From positions 8,742,001-8,806,000 of the forward strand of contig JBHGNT010000014.1 in assembly GCA_043228905.1 (NCBI GenBank): DNA of 64,000 bases. Direction: 5' to 3'. Made by a program: the position numbers and the translations under genes. Positions within the stretch are counted from its first letter, which is position 1, and the number at the start of each line of letters is the position of its first letter. Positions 12,501-23,429 of the stretch are shown one piece after another. This stretch comes from Azolla caroliniana. Taxonomy: Eukaryota; Plantae; Polypodiophyta. Below the pieces are notes generated by a model, which saw nothing but the letters and a program-made list of their open reading frames with translations, did not search any database and was not told the DNA's origin.

Positions 12501-14871
12501 TAAGGTGAGGATATCGAACCGGCAGAAGAAGAAGTAGAGGAAGCTGAAACCGAAACCGCCAAGACCCCGAATCGGATTCGGATGAAGAGCAAATGGAGGA
12601 GCCGGTTACCGAAGCCCAAAGATGGAGATATCCTCTCAGAGAGAGAAGAGCCCCCCGGAGATTTCTGGATGCAGAGCATGTGCTGCTAACCGATGAGGGG
12701 GAGCTAGAAAGCTTCGTAGAGGCGAAGGATGACACCCACAGCTGCAAATGGTTAAGTGCCATGCAGGATGAGATGGATTCCCTGCATGAGAACCATACGT
12801 ACGAATTGGTGGAGTTGCCGAAAGGAAAGTGGGCACTCCGAAATAAGTGGGTGTAGAAGTTGAAACCGGGAGATGCCTGCAACCCCCCGAGATACAAAGC
12901 TAGGATCGTGGTGAAGGGGTTCCAGCAGAAGAAGGGCGTGGGCTTTGACGAGATATTTGCCATAGTAGTAAAGATGACCTCCATCCGGACAATGCTGAGT
13001 ATAGCGGCAAGCATGGACCTCGAGGTAGAGCAGCTGGACGTGAAGACAACATTCCTTCACGGCGACCTCGAAGAGGAGATCTACATGCAACAACCGGAAG
13101 GATTCGTGGAGAAAGGGAAGGAGCACCTGGTTTGCCGGTTGAAGAAGAGCCTGTACGGACTGAAGCAGGCTCCCCGACAATGGTACCGGAAGTTCGACTC
13201 CTTCATGACTGATCAAGGGTACCACATGACGCAAGCCGATCACTGCGTGTTTGTGAAGAAGTTCGAAGGAGGCAACTTCCTGATACTCCTTCTATACGTG
13301 GACGACATGTTGATCGTCGGACGGAACCAAGCCAAAATAAGGATGTTGAAGAAGGCTCTCAACCGGAACTTCTCAATGAAAGACTTGGGTCCGGCAAGAC
13401 AGATGTTGGGGATGCTTATTATCCGGAACCGGCCAATGAAGCAACTGTGGCTGTCACAAGAGAAATACATGACAAAGGTGCTTCAACGGTTCAACATGTC
13501 ATATGCGAAACCGGTCGGATCGACACTTCCGGCAAACTGCAAGTTATCCGGCAAGCAAAGCCCGCAGACGAAAGTAGAGAAGGCTGATATGATGAAGGTT
13601 CCATATGCCTCTGTCGTCGGGAGCTTAATGTATGCAATGGTGTGTACACAACCAGATATAGGATACGCAGTCGGGGTGGTGTGCCGGTTTATGAGCAATC
13701 CCGGCAAGGAGCACTGGAATGTGGTCAAATGGATACTCCGATACTTGAAGGGCACTTCAAACATGTGTCTCCGATTCGGCTCCAGTAAACCTCAACTTGA
13801 CGGTTTTACCGACTCGGACATGTCGGCTGATGTGGATACCAGCCGGTCTACATCCGGGTATGTAATGACATATGCAGGGGGGGCTGTCTCGTGGCAGTCG
13901 AGGCTGCACAAGACGGTTGCGTTGTCAACCACGGAGGCGGAGTACATGGCGGTTGTGGAAGCCGGCAAGGAAATATTATAGATGAAGGACTTCATCGGAG
14001 AGCTCGGTATCAGGCAAGATGAATGTCGGCTCTACTGCGACATTCAAAGTGCCATCCACCTTGCTAAGAATGCGGCCTACCATTCCCGGACGAAGCATAT
14101 CCAACGTAGCTATCACTGGATCCGGGAAAGACTAGATGACTAGGAGTTCGCGCTGACGAAGATCCACACGGCCGAGAACGGGTCAAATATGCTAACCAAA
14201 GTGTTGATACCTGACAAGCTGGATGCATGCCGGAAGCGAGTCGGACTAGTAAGACACCCCATGCCGGAGTGAAGGGGGAGTTTGTTGGGAGACAGGTCCC
14301 TCTGGATGGGAAGGGAGAAGAACAGTGTTGATGAGCAAACTCGGCCGAGGCCAAAACCGGATGAGGAGTACCCGGCTACGGAGAGCCGGATGGTGCAGAC
14401 CCGGTGAGGAGTGCTCACCGGATGAAGAGACATATTTGTAAATATGTTTTCTGAGAGTCCATCGGGGCTATATTTGTAAATAGCCGGAAAGTCATATTAG
14501 TATAAATATGACTTAGGGAAAACTTATGGTTGTGTTGTTATTCTTGTTTGCGCAAGATCAGAGTGTGTAACTATGTACAGAGAGAGAGAGAGAGGAAGAG
14601 GTTGTTGCCTCTGTTGTAACCGCCACTTGTGGCGAAGATAGAAAGCTCGAGGTTGTTGCCTCGGTGCTTTACTGTTGTACACTGTAACATAGTGATAGTT
14701 TGCAACCTGTGGGCTGTCGTGGTTTTTCCCTAGTTTGGGTTTTCCACATAAACATCATGTGTACTCTTCTCTCATTTTTTTGTGTCGTGCATTCATTCCC
14801 GTTTTCTGTGTTTGATTCTAAGCTCGATTGTGGCCGAGCGTTGTTCATAGGGGAGCGTATAGTTCTTGTCA
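9544..14871 (+). mobile_element. Full-length Ty1/copia element D, Tork/TNT1-like (LTRs 9544-10200 and 14283-14871)
   Basis: TGTTGGGAGA...TGTCA LTR pair. PBS TGGTATCATAGC 10204-10215. PPT GAAGGGGGAG 14271-14280. TSD AGTTG/AGTCG with one mismatch. Confidence 0.95.
10231..14272 (+). pseudogene. Copia D gag-pol with stops and frameshifts
   Basis: ORFs 10231-11043 (CFYCGKPGHFQKNC), 11071-12117 (WVVDSGASFH, VHTDVC), 12138-12503 and 12860-13981 (QLDVKTTFLHG, LYVDDML, FTDSD). Confidence 0.92.
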
Positions 14872-16432
14872 AGTCGAAAGGCGTTTAAAGGCATGCGGAG
14901 CCTTGTACCCCGAAGACTCGATAAGCTACGCCATGCAGGTAGTCTCATTTGATGACACCCTTGGGGAGATCGAGAAGGTGATCAAAGAAGGCATGAGCGA
15001 AGACTGGAGCATTCTGGTCAATTCGGTCAAGATGTACGAAGTCATCGCAGACTTCGGTAGGAGGGTCAGGTCGGATCGGAGTGCCCGAGTAGAAAAAAAG
15101 TACAAGAGTGTGGACCGGAAGGTGAGGCCAATCGCGATACCCTTGTCGAAGGACAGTTGGGAGCGAATGAAGGGGGTCGCAGCTGACCCGAGTTTACAAG
15201 ACCCGGCCGGCATAGGACATCGGCTCATCGAGGAGACATCGCGGAAGCTCAATATCGGTGAGGGTGGGATTCTACTACCAGCAGAGGAGGACCGGTTCCG
15301 AAGAATGCTCGAGAGGCATGGGAAGGCCTTTTCATTCTTGCCGAAGGAGATCGGTTTCGTCGACCCGACGATTGTGGAACCAATGGTGATCTTCACGGTA
15401 CTGCAGGTATCGTGGAATCTCAAGTCGATTCCGGTGCCGAGAGCTCACATCCCGAAGTTGATGGAGTTGCTCAAGGAGAAGGTCGATATGGGGATCCTCG
15501 AGTCGTCGAGTGCCCCATATTCTAATCGGTGGTTTACCGTGCCGAAGAAGAACGACGCATTAATCTTCATTCAGGACCTGCAACCGGTCAAAAAGGTGAC
15601 CATTCGAAATCCAAGGGTAGGACCGACCATTGATGAGTTCGTGGAGGCCTTCGTTGGGAGGTTGATCTACTCGGTCGGGGATCTATACTCTGGTTACGAC
15701 CAGTTCCAGCTAGCCGTGGAGAGTAGGGATATTACGACGATGCGGACCCCTCTCCGCCTAGTTTGGATGTGTAACCCACCGCAAGGAGGAACCAATTCAG
15801 TAGCACACATGGTGAACGCAATGAACAAAGTATTGAGGGATTTCATCTCGGACATCACCATGCCGTTTTTGGATGACATCTCGATCAAGGGATGTCGGGA
15901 GGACGCAAAGGACGGTTCGATTGAACCGGACGGATGCCAGAAGTTTTTCGCGGACCACATTTCCGACCGCAAGAAGATACATTAGTGGTTTGAGGGTGCT
16001 CGACTTACATTCTGCGAGGAGAAGTCGGCTTTTGGAAAATCGGAGATCCTGGTGGTCGGTCACCTGTGTGGACTGTCTGGCCGGAAACCGTCTTTGGCAA
16101 AGGTAGAAGCCATCTCGACAATGAAGGAAGAATGCAGGTCAGTCAAGGAGGTGTGCCAGTTCCTAGGATCGTGTGCCTTCTACCATATATGGATCCCACA
16201 TCACGCTCACATTGCCAAGCCGCTCTATGGCTTATTGAAGAAACGACAAAAGTTCAAATGGAAAGAAGAGCACACAGAGGCAATTCGGAGACTGAAGGAG
16301 AGGTTGACGGTGGCACCTGCTCTCTGAAAAGCGGTGTACAGGGCAAAAACTCCGGTCTATGTGATGGTGGTCATGAGTCCGATTGGAATCAGGTGGGTGG
16401 TCAGCCAGGAGGACAAGGCTGGCGCGTGTTGA

Positions 16433-16901
16433 ATCCGGTCAATTCGGTTGAGATGTACGAAGTCATTGCAGATTTCGGTCGGAGTGTCGGGTCGGATCGG
16501 ACCGCCCGAGTAGACACAAAGTACAAGACCGTGGACCGGAAGGTGAGGCTAGTTGTGACACCCTGGCCAGAGGATAGTTGGAAGAGAATGAAGGGGGTCG
16601 CGGCCGACCCAAGTTTACGAGACCTGGCCGTCGTAGGACACCGGTTCACCGAGGAGATGCTGCGGAAGCTCAAGATCGGTGGGTGGGGGTTTCTACTTCC
16701 AGCGGAGGAGGACCGGTTCCGAAGAATGCTCGAGAGGCATGGGAAGGCCTTTGCATTCTTGCCGAAGGAGATCGGGTGCGTAGACCTGACAATCGTGGAA
16801 CCAATGGTGATCTTCACAGCATTGCATGTAACGTGGAATCTCAAGCTGACATCCCAAAGTTGGTGGAGCTGCTCAAGGAGAAGGTTGATATGCGGGTCCT
16901 C
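16433..16901 (+). repeat. Second, diverged copy of the gypsy pre-RT segment 15011-15499
   Basis: VNSVEMYEVIADFG...KYKTVDRKVR...RFRRMLERHGKAF repeats the segment in ORF 14828-15985 and follows the RNase H start directly. Confidence 0.85.
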
Positions 16902-16959
16902 TGTTAATGGGTGGGGGGTGAAGCCTAGAACAGCTCCACCCCACTCCCAAGGGGGTTAC

Positions 16960-17015
<56 letters not shown>

Positions 17016-17535
17016 TGTAGCTCAATTGGTAAGGTTGCCCAATTGAGACCAGGTGGTCATGGGTTCAACCCCTACATTCCAGAGTGGCATCTAGTGAATT
17101 AAGAGATATATAAGAAGTATAGCTCAATTGGTAAGGTTGCCCAATGGAGACCAGGTGGTCATGGGTTCAACCCCTACATTCCAAAGTGGCATCTAGTGAA
17201 TTAAGAGATATATGAGAAGTATATAATAGAGAGATGAAGAAGTTAGGTTTTGAACCCAGAACGCAAGCAGTGCTTGTAGTGCTAACAACTTACCACTAGG
17301 GTAAGGTAATTACGATAAGAGAGAGAGAGATGGAGCGTCAAACAAAGAAACACACCAAAATGAGAGGGGAAAAAGCTATATTACATTATGCCCCATGGGT
17401 GGGGTTTATATAGTACAAGAGGTAACCATTACAAAAGAATGAGACAAGTAGGGAGTTACATTACTTACCCAGTCTCTCACTTTTGTATACATGCACACAA
17501 ATGTGCATGTGTTCATACCCATACTCATCCTAACA
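16902..17535 (-). mobile_element. LTR-like segment (TGTTA...TAACA) with a (GA)n tract and tRNA-like modules
   Basis: 5-bp terminal inverted ends and a TATA-like TATATAAACCC on the minus strand near 17402-17412. Flanks TCCTC/GACTC are not a clean TSD. Confidence 0.55.
17013..17221 (+). repeat. Two tandem 102-bp units, each with a tRNA-derived A box and B box
   Basis: TAGCTCAATTGGTAAG (A box) ... GGGTTCAACCCC (B box) starting at 17018 and 17120. GGATGTAG/CTACATTCC closes a stem in copy 1. Confidence 0.7.
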
Positions 17536-17564
17536 GACTCATACACATTACACATACACATTAG

Positions 17565-18112
17565 AACTCTCTAGAACCTTCTAGTTCTAAAATTTTCTAA
17601 AAACTCTTAGAACTTCAAATAGATAATCTAGTAACAATATACTAAAATATACATAACATGACTATGTATTCGGATGTATTGGTTAGAACATAACACTTGA
17701 CTATATACAAGAGGTGAAGAGTTCAAATCTTGACACGGCTGTTGTCATGTCCGTGACATTAATGTCACATTCCTCAACCTACACCACATTTTTCTTTCAA
17801 CTCACCCCTACATCACACTTCCGAAAAGGTGGTCGTAAAGGGGAGGATAATGTGTGACATTCCTCAACCTACACCGCATTTCTCTTTCAACTCACCCCTA
17901 CACCACACTTCCCAAAGGCGGTCGTAAAGGGGAGGATAATGTCACGGACATGACAACAGTCATGTCAAGATTTGAACTCTTCACCTCGTGTATATAGTCA
18001 AGTGTTATGTTCTAACCAATTCATCCGAATACATAATCATTGTTACTAGATTATCTATTTCAAGTTCTAAGAGTTTTTAGAAAATTCTAGAACTAGAAGG
18101 TTCTAGAGAGTT
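17565..18112. repeat. Long inverted repeat (arms ~175-195 bp) enclosing two 90-bp direct repeats
   Basis: 17565-17761 is the reverse complement of 17937-18112 apart from a ~20-bp indel. The spacer holds ACATTCCTCAACCTACACC...AAAGGGGAGGATAATGT twice (17767, 17857). Confidence 0.92.
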
Positions 18113-18430
18113 TTAGAACAAATATTCTAATGCATGTACTTCAACTTGCAGTATAAATACTTGTAAGCTCCTTAGTCCCTTTCAAGGAATTCAACACCAG
18201 TCATTTACACATCAATCTCGTATTCTTCTTTAGCCCCATCTTCTTTCCTTGATTTACATCTTTGTCTTTATGCTCTTGTATTCCTCCTAGCGTCTTAAGT
18301 TCCTCATCTCATCGCTCCCAACTTCCCGAGTTTCTAGCCTCATCACGTCTAGTTCCCCGTTCGTAACCTTATCAGTCATAGCCTCGTCATCTGTGCTTTG
18401 TCGTAGTCTAGGGTTGGTGTGTCTGTGACA
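17940..18430 (+). mobile_element. LTR (TGTCAC...GTGACA) preceded by a PPT
   Basis: PPT-like AAAGGGGAGGATAA just before 17940, 6-bp terminal inverted repeats and GTATAAATA at ~18151. Confidence 0.65.
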
Positions 18431-18521
18431 TCAACCACATTATCGTGTTCCACCCCTTATGCCTCTGTGTATATTCTTATGGGTAACACATGGCATGCCT
18501 CTGGGACAATGCATTGCACGA

Positions 18522-19974
18522 TGTTGTGAAGATTTTCGGCAATGGTGCGAAAATCACATAAAACGTACGAAATCGAGTGTGATTCATAAAAAACAATAAT
18601 AGTGAAGATACTAATTTTAAGTAAGTTTAATATCTTAGTACAAAAAGATGGAGGTCTTGAAGAGCTTTCAAATGCACTTTACTACATAAGAAACAGACAT
18701 CTAAGTGTCAACTTATGTGGGTATGAAGTTTTGCAAAAGAAAAAGAGAAAAATAAAACTGTGAAACATCCCACATAGATAGAAAGTTTAAGCTCTAGTTA
18801 TATAAGCAGATTGAGATCCATCATATTTCATCTATGTGTTAAGAGCACATAACAAATAGTTGGATTTAAGCCACTTTTTTCTAGATGGACATATGTGGCT
18901 AAGTGCCCGAACCGGCTGGTGAAGAAACTCAAACCAGTCGACGATAGAATCGGAAACCGAATGGAGCCGACAATCGGTGACCGTATGCATCCGACAACTG
19001 GTGACTGGATGGATCCGGCAACCGGCAATGGAACCGGTGACCGGCGATCAAGCGACGGAATCGGTGACCGACCGGTGTCGGTAAACCCGGTTACTGGCAT
19101 CTGACGACGAAGTCGGTGATCTGGTGACGATGAGCCGACGGCAACCGGCGGTGGATCCGATGAGCTGGCGACAGTGAACCGGCGGCAACCGGTGGCGGAG
19201 CCGGTGAGCCGGCAGCATCAGGCGATCGGCCGGTGACTTGCAAGCGACTCAGGATGTGGACCGAACCGGATCGGGATGCGGATTGGACCAGACCAAACAA
19301 ATGCAAATAAGACAGATCGATCGGGTCGGTTGATCGCGGTGCATGGTGTCTTAAAGATATTTGGTCCAAAAGCCTAATAGTATTTTGTGCCTAAAAGAAA
19401 AAGATGTAAGCAAGACTCAAACTTAACACCTCCAAGAAAGGAAGCAATAGGCTTACCATTAAGCCAAACCATTTCTTTAGGAATTATATTTTTATCATTG
19501 TAACTTTACATGTAAATTCTCATACATGAGAGCTAAAATGAGTGACATGGTTATCATGCACCACATGTAATACATGAGCGCCAAATGGCAAACATGCATT
19601 TTATGCATGTCTTGTACCCTCAAATGCATGAGGGCATCTATAAAAGAGGGGAGGAAAAAGATGAAGGAGAAGGAAAAATTCTTATCAAGAGCTTTGTACT
19701 TTATATCAAAATTAAAATTAAGAAGAAAATTTGTTATCCTTTGGATGATATACCTTGTTCTTCAAATCTAAAGTTAAGAGTTCAATCTTAATAATGTCTC
19801 TCTCCATTTCAATCTCTCTCAACCTAAAGTCAAGCGTTTAATCTCAATTTCTCTCTCTCTCAATCTATCTTAAATACTTTATCGCTAAAGCTTGTGCGTA
19901 CTTCGAGTCCTTCCGGTCCAGAACCCCGGCGGTTCCGCCTCACGATCCGTGCGTAGTGACGGATCTTCACGACA
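18522..19974 (+). mobile_element. Isolated ~1.45-kb LTR related to the Trp-primed gypsy family
   Basis: Ends TGTTGTGAAGAT...ATCTTCACGACA. The 3' motif CCCGGCGGTTCCGCCTCACGAT is shared with the LTR at 55763 (-). CTATAAAA near 19637. Degenerate ACCGG-rich repeats at 18910-19300. Confidence 0.75.
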
Positions 19975-20116
19975 ACGGTGAACCCACTCGCCATGGCAAC
20001 TCTTCTCAACCGGAACTCCGTCGGTCGTCTCAACGGTCATAAATCTCTCGACCAGATCATTGCTCTATGATCAATAACTTTGATCGAAGCGCTGCTTGAC
20101 TTGAACCTTCTCGTTC

Positions 20117-20506
20117 GGTCATCACATCTCTCGATTGAATCATACATCAATCAACTAGTTCATTGCGGCATGGGTCGTGAAATCGTGATGTGTGTATGTG
20201 TATTCTTTGTTTCATCATGTGAGTTGTATTTTCAAAATTTCATAATTTGTACCCCTTGGTTCTAGAAATTTTCATTTTTATCCTCAAGTTTTTTGAAATT
20301 TTATATTTTGGTCATCACATCTCTCGATTGGATCATACATCAATCAACTAGTTCATTGCGACATGCGTCATGAAATCGTGGTGTGTGTATGTGTATTCTT
20401 TGTTTCATCATGTGAGTTGTATTTTCAAAATTTCATGATTTGTACCCCTTGGTTCTAGAAATTTTCATTTTTATCCTCAAGTTTTTTGAAATTTTATATT
20501 TTGGTC
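20117..20506. repeat. Tandem duplication, 193-bp unit x2
   Basis: GGTCATCACATCTCTCGATTG...ATTTTATATTTTGGTC starts at 20117 and 20310; the copies are near-identical. Confidence 0.93.
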
Positions 20507-20556
20507 TTGATTTATTAAAAACTCAAGTGTGTGAGAGAGGGACGGATAGGCAGACA

Positions 20557-21491
20557 CATAGTACGTAAAATTCGTGTTTGTCTGCTATATCATTCGTTTT
20601 CCTACGTTGGAAAACGAACATGAATGATATTCAAATATTTGTGTGTTTTTTTTGTTTTTCTCCGTTTTTTTTTGTTTTTTCCCCTTTTTCTCTACACATC
20701 AGCGCTACGCTCTCCTCTCCTCTCCCATCTAGCCTTGAACGATCTGTTGCTTGAGCCTTGAGCCAACATCGTGCACATTAGTCACTAGTGAGTCAGTGAC
20801 TACACATCTTCTCCCGACCATTAATCTCTGTAGTCCAACGAGATAACAAGTTGCCTTCCTCTCAGATTCAGGTATGTTTAGGGTTAATAATAGGGTTTAA
20901 AGTTCCTTAAACTTTAGGTCATAGCATGTACTATGTAGTAAAGAAATTTCTGTAATTTTTCAATAATTTTTGTAATTGTTTTGTAATTTCTATCATTTTT
21001 TTGTCTGTAATGTCTTTGTAATTTCTATCATTTCTGTAGTTTTTTTATAATTTTTGTAATTTTATTTACTCTATAATTTCTGTAATTTTTCTATAAAGCT
21101 TGTAATTACTTTAATTTTTCTATAATTTCTATCATTTTGAAGTAATTCTTGTAATGTCTATACACACATACTAAGCTATATAGTACAAAATTTATACGCA
21201 CAAAAATTACAATAAATAGATTTTGATATTTAGGTTTTACATTAAATTAGGAACTAATGGGTAGACAAACGGGCCTAGTGTGGGAACATGTTCTAATTGA
21301 GGTTACTATTGACATGATTGAGAAAGAAAATGATGAAGAACGGTTATTGGTGTTGCAAAGTGAACAAGAAGCACAAGAAGTTGATGAAAACGAGAGCCTC
21401 ACCAATGTGATGGCTTGCTTATCTTGATGATAATGCACAAGATGAGGACGATGATTTTGAAGATGATAATATCACCTTGAATGAAGATTAG
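20557..21491 (+). mobile_element. Probable internally deleted hAT-like DNA transposon remnant
   Basis: CATAGT start and a GT-AG leader intron (20872-21250). ATG at 21257 reads MGRQTGLVWEHV (BED-finger-like start), joined to an acidic D/E tail. No matching right TIR found. Confidence 0.4.
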
Positions 21492-22409
21492 GAATGTTCG
21501 TTTTGATGTAACACCTCATTGAGAATTTTTTTGAAGACTAGGCATTTTGGATAGTTGTTATTAGAATTTACGAAAAAAAGCATATTGTTATTAAGAAGGT
21601 AATGTGTTTTTCTTTTTTGCAAGTTTTTAAAAAGCTTTTACCTTGAAAAAATATTTACTTTATAGTAATAATTTATCCAAAAGTATGTATGTATTTATGC
21701 TTCTTTGAGGGTGTTTACTATACTCGAATGATTGAAACATTCGATCAGTCGATTGCGAAAAGTCTATTAGAAATTTCTTCTCTTCTTCTTTTCTTCTCTT
21801 ATGTCTGTTATATACTCTTTCCCACAGTCTCGGTTGCAGCGTTTCTCCTTCTTTGTCATCATCTCCTTCTTTGCTTCTGCATCTCTTCACTCTTCGTTTC
21901 TTCCTGTTTTCCTTCTCTGTATGTGTATGTTCTATCTTTTTCTTCTTCCCTCGGTCGTCTCTGGCCATTTCCATATGTGCCCGTTCCTCTGTCCGTTGAT
22001 CGCTTCTGTCGGTCTCTGTCGGCCATGACTGTCGAACGCTCTTTGCTCGATGGCTGTCGCCGTCTGTCCGGCCGACTTTGTGGGTCGTAGTCTCGGCCAC
22101 TACTGTTTGTTTGTTTGGCAGTTGTTCGAACAGCAGACTCTCGGTTCCGTCATGTCATGTCTTTCCGGACACCTATCGGACTTTGGCCGTCTCTGTTCGG
22201 GGCCGTCTTTGTCCGGATTCCAGACTGTCTTTCCGGCTCTGCCGCCATCTCTCGTCGTTCGTCCGTCGGCTGTATCTTGGCAGGCTCTCGGCTGACGCTT
22301 TTCTCTCGGCCCAGCTGTCCTCGGCTATCTGGCCGGCTCTCCCTGTGACCGTCTTTGTCTCCCTCACTGAGGTCTTCATAAACGCCGGCATCCTGCTGGT
22401 CTACCTTGG

Positions 22410-23141
22410 GAGTTTTTACTTCCTTAGTAACTCAGGTTTTCCATCAATAATCCCAACCATGTTATATCCAAATGATACTTAGACATGGTGTGTGGTTGTA
22501 GAGATTATTATTAAGAACCACTTCTGGAATTGAACCTCTTTTGATTGGAGCAAGATTCATAGGAATAGACCTTGATCACCACAACCATTCATTCCCGCAT
22601 GATCACTTTCATCATGAACATAGCTAATACCCTCCAAAAATAGACTGCAACTTTCTGTATGAAACTTGGTTTTTTTTGTTTCATATGGCATCTCTGTTAC
22701 AACAATGACACTATTGCTCTATCACTGCTCTTCCTTTTATATTCAGTTTACCTTTACCAGTCCTACAAGTCTCCACAATTGCCAAAGCGCCAAGAATCTG
22801 ACCAGCAGTTGGAAAATCTGGCCCAAGCAAATGGTCCATGAGCTTTTGCACAGAAGCATTGGGATTGTGGACGAGAGCACATACATAATGCATCCACTAT
22901 TTCACCCAAGTTATGTAGGGGTATATTTGTTGTCATGCCAACTGCAATTCCAGATACGCCATTGAGTAGAACATTGGGTAGCCGTGTAGGTAAAACTGAT
23001 GGTTCAGTTTGAGAGCCATCAAAGTTTGCAACAAAATCCACTGTATCTTGCTCACTATCTGTGAGAAGCATGGCCTTAGAGAGTGCTTGAAGTCTACATT
23101 CTGTAAACCACATAGCAGATGGTGGATCCGCATCAAGATCC
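22410..23141 (-). pseudogene. gyrA: DNA gyrase subunit A (plant nuclear, organelle-targeted type) processed pseudogene fragment
   Basis: [15 protein letters not shown]...[88 protein letters not shown] and NMVGIIDGKP are colinear across frameshifts. The catalytic RY has become WF. Confidence 0.9.
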
Positions 23142-23429
23142 TCTCCAACAGAAGGAGTGGACTTTTTGAATGGTTTCTTTGAATGGTTCTCCAACACGGC
23201 CGCAGACACAGAGACATAGAGAGGGAGAGGGAGAGGGTTCTTCTCAAGGGGGTGGGATCAGGCGCCATATCCATATACAATGTTTCTTCGCTTTAGGTTT
23301 CCTTCATGACAGCACGCACGTGCACACACACATAGAGGTGCGTGCCACACACACATAGAGACGAGACGCAATGAGGATGGATGAGAGAGGGAGAGAGAGA
23401 GATAGTCCTTATCAAGGGAGGGAGGCCGG

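Larger units (their letters stand above)
1254..16430 (+). mobile_element. Decayed tRNA-Trp-primed Ty3/gypsy element C (LTR end, gag, protease, RT, start of RNase H), interrupted by copia A, B and D
   Basis: LTR end CGCGACA at 1415, then the PBS. Gag RRFNGKDVTSYLE|AYQAEM is split by B. Protease ALIDHGSEINLM at ~9005-9040. RT DLYSGYDQFQL...PFLDDISIKG in ORF 14828-15985. Confidence 0.85.

Noticed and set aside
17013-17080. Functional tRNA gene
   Set aside because: No canonical anticodon arm, cloverleaf or oligo-T terminator; kept only as a tRNA-derived module.
21660-22400. Several overlapping 70-146-aa ORFs
   Set aside because: Low-complexity sequence resembling a retroelement leader; no domain, PBS or boundaries could be supported.
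22410-23141. Bacterial gyrA from contamination or horizontal transfer
   Set aside because: The wording matches plant nuclear GyrA ([19 protein letters not shown]), it is decayed, and it is embedded in plant TEs.
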